Positions 59,815-64,000 of a stretch of 64,000 nt of DNA are shown one piece after another. Where the stretch lies: the NCBI GenBank assembly GCA_037305845.1, contig CP147778.1:2560001-2624000 (forward strand). Reading direction: 5' to 3'. Both the position numbers and the translations under genes were made by a program. Position 1 is the stretch's first letter; each line of letters begins with the position of its first letter. The stretch comes from Candidatus Freyarchaeum deiterrae (GTDB lineage Archaea; Asgardarchaeota; Jordiarchaeia; Jordiarchaeales; Jordiarchaeaceae). The notes beneath the pieces were generated by a model. The model was not told the DNA's origin. It saw nothing but the letters and a program-made list of their open reading frames with translations, and ran no database searches.

Positions 59815-61008
59815 TTATAGTGAGTGTAGGTATTCTTCTAACTTTTGTACGCCTTCCAGTATGTCTTGCATGGATGTGGCGTAGCTTATTCTGATGTGGC
59901 CTTCTCCGTTGCTTCCAAAAACCTTTCCGGGAGTGATGCATACGCCTTTACTTTCTAGTAGTTGTTCTGCCAGCTGCGAACTGTCGTTGGAGTATTCTGA
60001 AATGTTTGGAAAAGCATAGAATGCTCCTTTGGGTGTTTTGCATGTGACTCCGTCGATTTGGTTTAGGGCTTTTACAATGGCTTTTCTTCTTTTGTCGTAT
60101 TCTTTTCGCATTTCCTCGACGCAGTCCTGAGGCCCTCTAATCGCCTCCACGGCTGCCTTCTGTGCGAAGCTGGTGGCGCAGGTGGTTGAATTCTGCTGTA
60201 TCTTCGACATTTCATCAACTATTTTCTGGGGAGCTGCGATGTATCCCAGTCTCCATCCGGTCATGGAATATGTTTTCGAGAAGCCGTGAATGTACACCGT
60301 CTGGTCTTGTAGCTGGGGGAAGCTTAGTATGCTCGTGTTTTTGAATCCATCATATGTTAGGGCGTCGTATATTTCGTCTGAGAAGATGATGAGTTTGCTG
60401 TCTCGTGCTATGTCTGCTATTGTTGCCATTTCCGGTTTTGTGAGTGCTCCTCCTGTGGGGTTGTTGGGTGTGTTTATGAATATGGCCTTGGTTCTGCGTG
60501 TTATTGCTTTTTTGAGTGCTTCGTCATCTATTGAGTAGTCTTCCTGGAAGGGGACTTCTTTGGGTACGCCTTCGGCCATGGTTACGATGTCTTTGTAGCT
60601 GGGCCATACTGGTACGGGTATTAGTACTTCGTCTCCGGGGTTTATTAGGGTTTGAACTGCGCAGAATATGGCGTGTTTGGCTCCGGGGGTTACTATTATC
60701 TGGTTTGTTTTTATTTCTGCTCCGGTTCTTCTTTTTATGTCTGTGGCTATGGCTTCGCGTAGTTCGGGGATTCCTTTGCTGCTGGTGTATTTTGTGAATC
60801 CTTCGTTGAGGGCTTTTATGGCGGCGTCTTTGATGTGTTGGGGGGTGTCGAAGTCTGGTTCTCCTACTTCGAAGTGTATGATTTTTTGTCCTTTTTGTTC
60901 GAGTTCTTTGGCGATTTCGAGCATTCGGATTGTTCCGGAGGCTGGGATTTTTTCCATGCGTTTGGCGGTCTTCATAATCATCGTCATAGTGGGTTTCCTC
61001 TCCTCCAA
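59815..61008 (-). CDS. class I/II PLP-dependent (aspartate-type) aminotransferase
   Basis: GEPDFDTP, NTPNNPTG, SDEIY, GFSKTYSMTGWRLGY, GAFY, RISYA. Confidence 0.95.
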   Translation of the reverse strand: MEERKPTMTMIMKTAKRMEKIPASGTIRMLEIAKELEQKGQKIIHFEVGEPDFDTPQHIKDAAIKALNEGFTKYTSSKGIPELREAIATDIKRRTGAEIKTNQIIVTPGAKHAIFCAVQTLINPGDEVLIPVPVWPSYKDIVTMAEGVPKEVPFQEDYSIDDEALKKAITRRTKAIFINTPNNPTGGALTKPEMATIADIARDSKLIIFSDEIYDALTYDGFKNTSILSFPQLQDQTVYIHGFSKTYSMTGWRLGYIAAPQKIVDEMSKIQQNSTTCATSFAQKAAVEAIRGPQDCVEEMRKEYDKRRKAIVKALNQIDGVTCKTPKGAFYAFPNISEYSNDSSQLAEQLLESKGVCITPGKVFGSNGEGHIRISYATSMQDILEGVQKLEEYLHSL

Positions 61009-61234
61009 TAATCAATTATTCATCCATTTTAAACATTTTGCATAAATCACGCTTCCCGAATACTAACTCTCAATAAAGTAAACGTTCAACTTTCATAAAA
61101 AAATTAGGTTTGCAGAAAAAATGGGGGATATGTTGTTGGTGTTTGACGGTGTTTTTTCGCTGTTCTGCTGGTAGCCTGTTTCTACGTTTTTTTCCTGTTT
61201 TTGGTTACACGCTTCTTTTCTTTTTCTTTTGTGT

Positions 61235-61576
61235 TTAGGCTTTTGATACCAGGATGTCTTTGCCTTCTACTTTGACTTTGTATGAGGGTTCGTCCTTGAT
61301 CTTTGGGGGTGTGGAGCCTTTGGGGCCTGCGACGGCTTTTCCTGTGGTTACGTCGAATTTCGATCCGTGTTTTGGGCAGGTTACTATGTTGCCTGATAAT
61401 GTTCCTTTGTAGAGGTCTCCTCTGAAGTGCGTGCACTTGTCGCCTATGGCGTAGTACTTTCCGTTCACGTTCGCAATCATGACTTCGTTTTTTTCAAACT
61501 TTACATTCTTCATCTTTCCCGAAGGGATTTCTGAAGTTTCAGCAACTTTTACAAAACTCAACCATATTCCTCCCAA
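61235..61576 (-). CDS. Rieske [2Fe-2S] ferredoxin
   Basis: CTH...CPKHGSKFDVTTG. Confidence 0.88.
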   Translation of the reverse strand: MGGIWLSFVKVAETSEIPSGKMKNVKFEKNEVMIANVNGKYYAIGDKCTHFRGDLYKGTLSGNIVTCPKHGSKFDVTTGKAVAGPKGSTPPKIKDEPSYKVKVEGKDILVSKA

Positions 61577-62001
61577 AAACTATTCTGTGTAGTTAGAAAT
61601 AGTGAGGGGTTCAATGCTTAAAAAAATTGCTGCGTGACTATTTTGTATTCTATTTTTTGCAATTCTGTTGGAATTAGTGTGTTGAAACTAGGATGTTGTT
61701 TCCCTCAACTTTGACTTTTTGTGAGTCTGGTTCTTCTTATTGAAATGTTTCTTCATTTATCGCAAAAAATCTTTTTCTTTTCCACTTTTTTCTTTGGGGT
61801 GAGATGATATTTTTCGGTCGGGTGGTGAGAATGTTTTAAAAAAAGTTGTGATACTTGAAAGTGGAAAAAAATTTGTAGAAAAAATAGTTCAACACTTAAA
61901 AAGAGAAAGAGGTATCTGAAAAATGTAGCCTGAAAGGGTATTTTTCGAATAAAGCTCAATAGTTGTTGTCACAAATAATAATCGGACTTGGTTTAATACA
62001 C

Positions 62002-62931
62002 TTAGAGTCCCATCATTTTGAACGAAAGCATACTTGAAGGGCTTACTAAGCTGAATCCTCCATCCACGATGATTACCTGCCCTGTTACGTAGCTCGCCTC
62101 CGGTGATGCTAGGTAGGCTGTCATCGATGCTATATCTTCTACTGTACCCCACCTTTTAGCAGGTATGTCATTGCCGAGGCTTGATAAAATTTCCGCCATC
62201 TTTTTTGTCATACCAGCAAGTATAAGTCCAGGTGCGATCGCATTAACGGTGATTCCTTTATGGGCTACCTCTAGTGCTAGAGATTTTGTAAGTCCTATTA
62301 TTGCGGCTTTCGCTGCAGCGTAACTGGAAGCGAGCGCGTCCCCGCTGATTCCCGCTAGTGCGGACATGTTGACTACTCTTCCACCCGCCTTCATGTTTTT
62401 AAGGGCGGCTTTGCAGAATAAGAACGTGCCATCAACATGAACTTTGAACATGTTATCCCATCTATCTAATGGCGTGTCGACAAACAAACTCGCATCAATT
62501 ATTCCAGCATTATTTACAAGGATATCTATGCTTCCATAACTTGCCTCGGTTTCTTCCACGACCTTTGATACTTGTTCGACGTTTCTTACGTCACATTGTA
62601 TGCACATCGCCTCTCCGCCGAACTCTTTGATTTCATTAACTGTTTTTTTCGCCTCGTCCTTGTTGGTGTTATAGGTAAAACAGACCTTTGCTCCTTCACG
62701 AGCAAAACGCCGGGTAATCCCGTTTCCTATTCCTACACTGCCCCCTGTCACGAGGGCGTTTTTGCCCAACAGTCTTCCCTTTACATACCCCATCTCCATA
62801 GTTTCGGGAGCTGTTTTGGACTTATCTAGGGTTGCCCCAGTTTCAGCTTTCTTCACGCTGGGGGCTTCAACTACCTTTTTTTCTTTTTTCTCTTTTTCTG
62901 ATTCTTTAATTTGCTTCTTTTCCCAAGTCAT
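62002..62931 (-). CDS. short-chain dehydrogenase/reductase (FabG-like)
   Basis: TGGSVGIG, LVNNAG, YAAAK, VNAIAPG, VDGG. Confidence 0.93.
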   Translation of the reverse strand: MTWEKKQIKESEKEKKEKKVVEAPSVKKAETGATLDKSKTAPETMEMGYVKGRLLGKNALVTGGSVGIGNGITRRFAREGAKVCFTYNTNKDEAKKTVNEIKEFGGEAMCIQCDVRNVEQVSKVVEETEASYGSIDILVNNAGIIDASLFVDTPLDRWDNMFKVHVDGTFLFCKAALKNMKAGGRVVNMSALAGISGDALASSYAAAKAAIIGLTKSLALEVAHKGITVNAIAPGLILAGMTKKMAEILSSLGNDIPAKRWGTVEDIASMTAYLASPEASYVTGQVIIVDGGFSLVSPSSMLSFKMMGL

Positions 62932-63221
62932 TCTATGGCCTCCTGTAATTTAAACATACAAATTGTATTGGGCACTTAGTATTGTGCCGAAAATTAGGGC
63001 GTTGAAGAAGGGACTTATTTCCGACATTATTTTAAACCTCTCTTCTTCTTTTGAAAGAGTTTGTATTTAATTAAAATTGGTTGAATTTTTTATTGATTGT
63101 TGAGTCCAACTGCTTCCATCGATAATGATGGTGGTGTCGCTTTCCTCTTTAACCACTAAATATATAATTCTGTTATTCGATTTATATTTTTTTTCATATT
63201 TTATTTTAGCATGGCTGCTAA

Positions 63222-64000
63222 CCGTTGTCCGAAACTTACCCATCTAGGACATTCCCCAGTGGTGTTCGATTCCCGCTTCATCAAGGAGCACCTGCCTTGC
63301 GGCATGAACCTCTCCACTCTTTCGGGCGTTTAGTGTCTCCGCCCAACTGGCGGCGACGGAAGAAGCTAGATTCAACGCAGCGTTCAGGTCACGGTCGGCT
63401 TCGAAACCGCAGCTCTCGCACTTGTACGTCCTTTCGGAAAGCGGCATTTCGTCCTTCACGGCTCCGCAGTTGGAGCACCTCTTCGTGGAAGGGAAAAAGG
63501 GGTCGGCCTCCACGACTACACCCCCGTACCACTGGGCTTTGTACTTCAGCTGGCGGAAGAACTCTCCGAGCCCCGCGTCTGCGAGCTGCTTCGCCAGGCG
63601 GTGGTTCTTCAGCAGCCCAGCCAAATTCAGGCTCTCCACGCCGATGACCGACTTGGTTCTCGCCAGCATCGTCGTGGCCTTGTGCTGGGCGTCCCTGCGG
63701 ATGCTCGCGATTCTGAACTCACACCCGGCAAGCTGCATCCTTGCATCAAGTCTGTTCTTGCTGTTTTTCATCTTCCTAGAAAGCGACCTATGGAGCCGCT
63801 TCATCTTCCGCTCGTATCGAGTAAGCGCCTTGGGATTCTCGATGACGGCTCCATCGCTGAGCGTGGCGAGTTTGGAAATACCTACATCGACGCCGACAAC
63901 TGGGCCAGTGTTGACTGAAACTTCGATTTTCTCCTCGACCTGAAGGCTCACGAACCACCGCCGCCCTTCTCTCTCCGAAACTGTTGCGGATAGGATGTGA
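63222..64000 (-). mobile_element. tnpB: IS607/IS605-type element with TnpB (CDS 63244..>63999, cut by the window edge)
   Basis: GVDVGI, IGVESL, QLKYKAQWYG, FFPSTKRCSNCG...CESCG...DRDLNAALNL; high GC; probable right end ...ggacaacgg at ~63222. Confidence 0.9.

Overview
Archaeal genomic window. It carries eukaryote-type topoisomerase IB, rpo12, ADP-forming acetyl-CoA synthetase, IorAB, HypD and an MptN/RimK ligase; an Asgard- or Bathyarchaeia-like host is an inference. About 1-21 kb is mostly housekeeping and metabolic genes. About 21-31 kb and 53-60 kb are toxin-antitoxin-rich accessory tracts with many truncated and duplicated genes. About 32-53 kb is an AT-rich defence-like island. Two observations stand out. 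(1) hypD is split inside its essential CGTH motif by a 28-nt insert that folds into a canonical bulge-helix-bulge (BHB) motif. The predicted splicing-endonuclease cut sites restore the reading frame exactly, so this is a candidate tRNA-type intron in a protein-coding mRNA. (2) A nine-gene minus-strand operon (wHTH protein, large P-loop ATPase, hypothetical, NurA, HerA, TGT/DpdA-like transglycosylase, PCNA-wHTH fusion, nucleoside 2-deoxyribosyltransferase, QueC) looks like an undescribed 7-deazaguanine-based DNA modification/defence system. An EVE-PD-(D/E)XK nuclease and a tandem GIY-YIG nuclease flank it. Also present: a pure (CAA)103 polyQ tract, serial diverged copies of an aminotransferase 3' end, and two TnpB elements. 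All family calls come from motif recognition by eye; no database searches were run.
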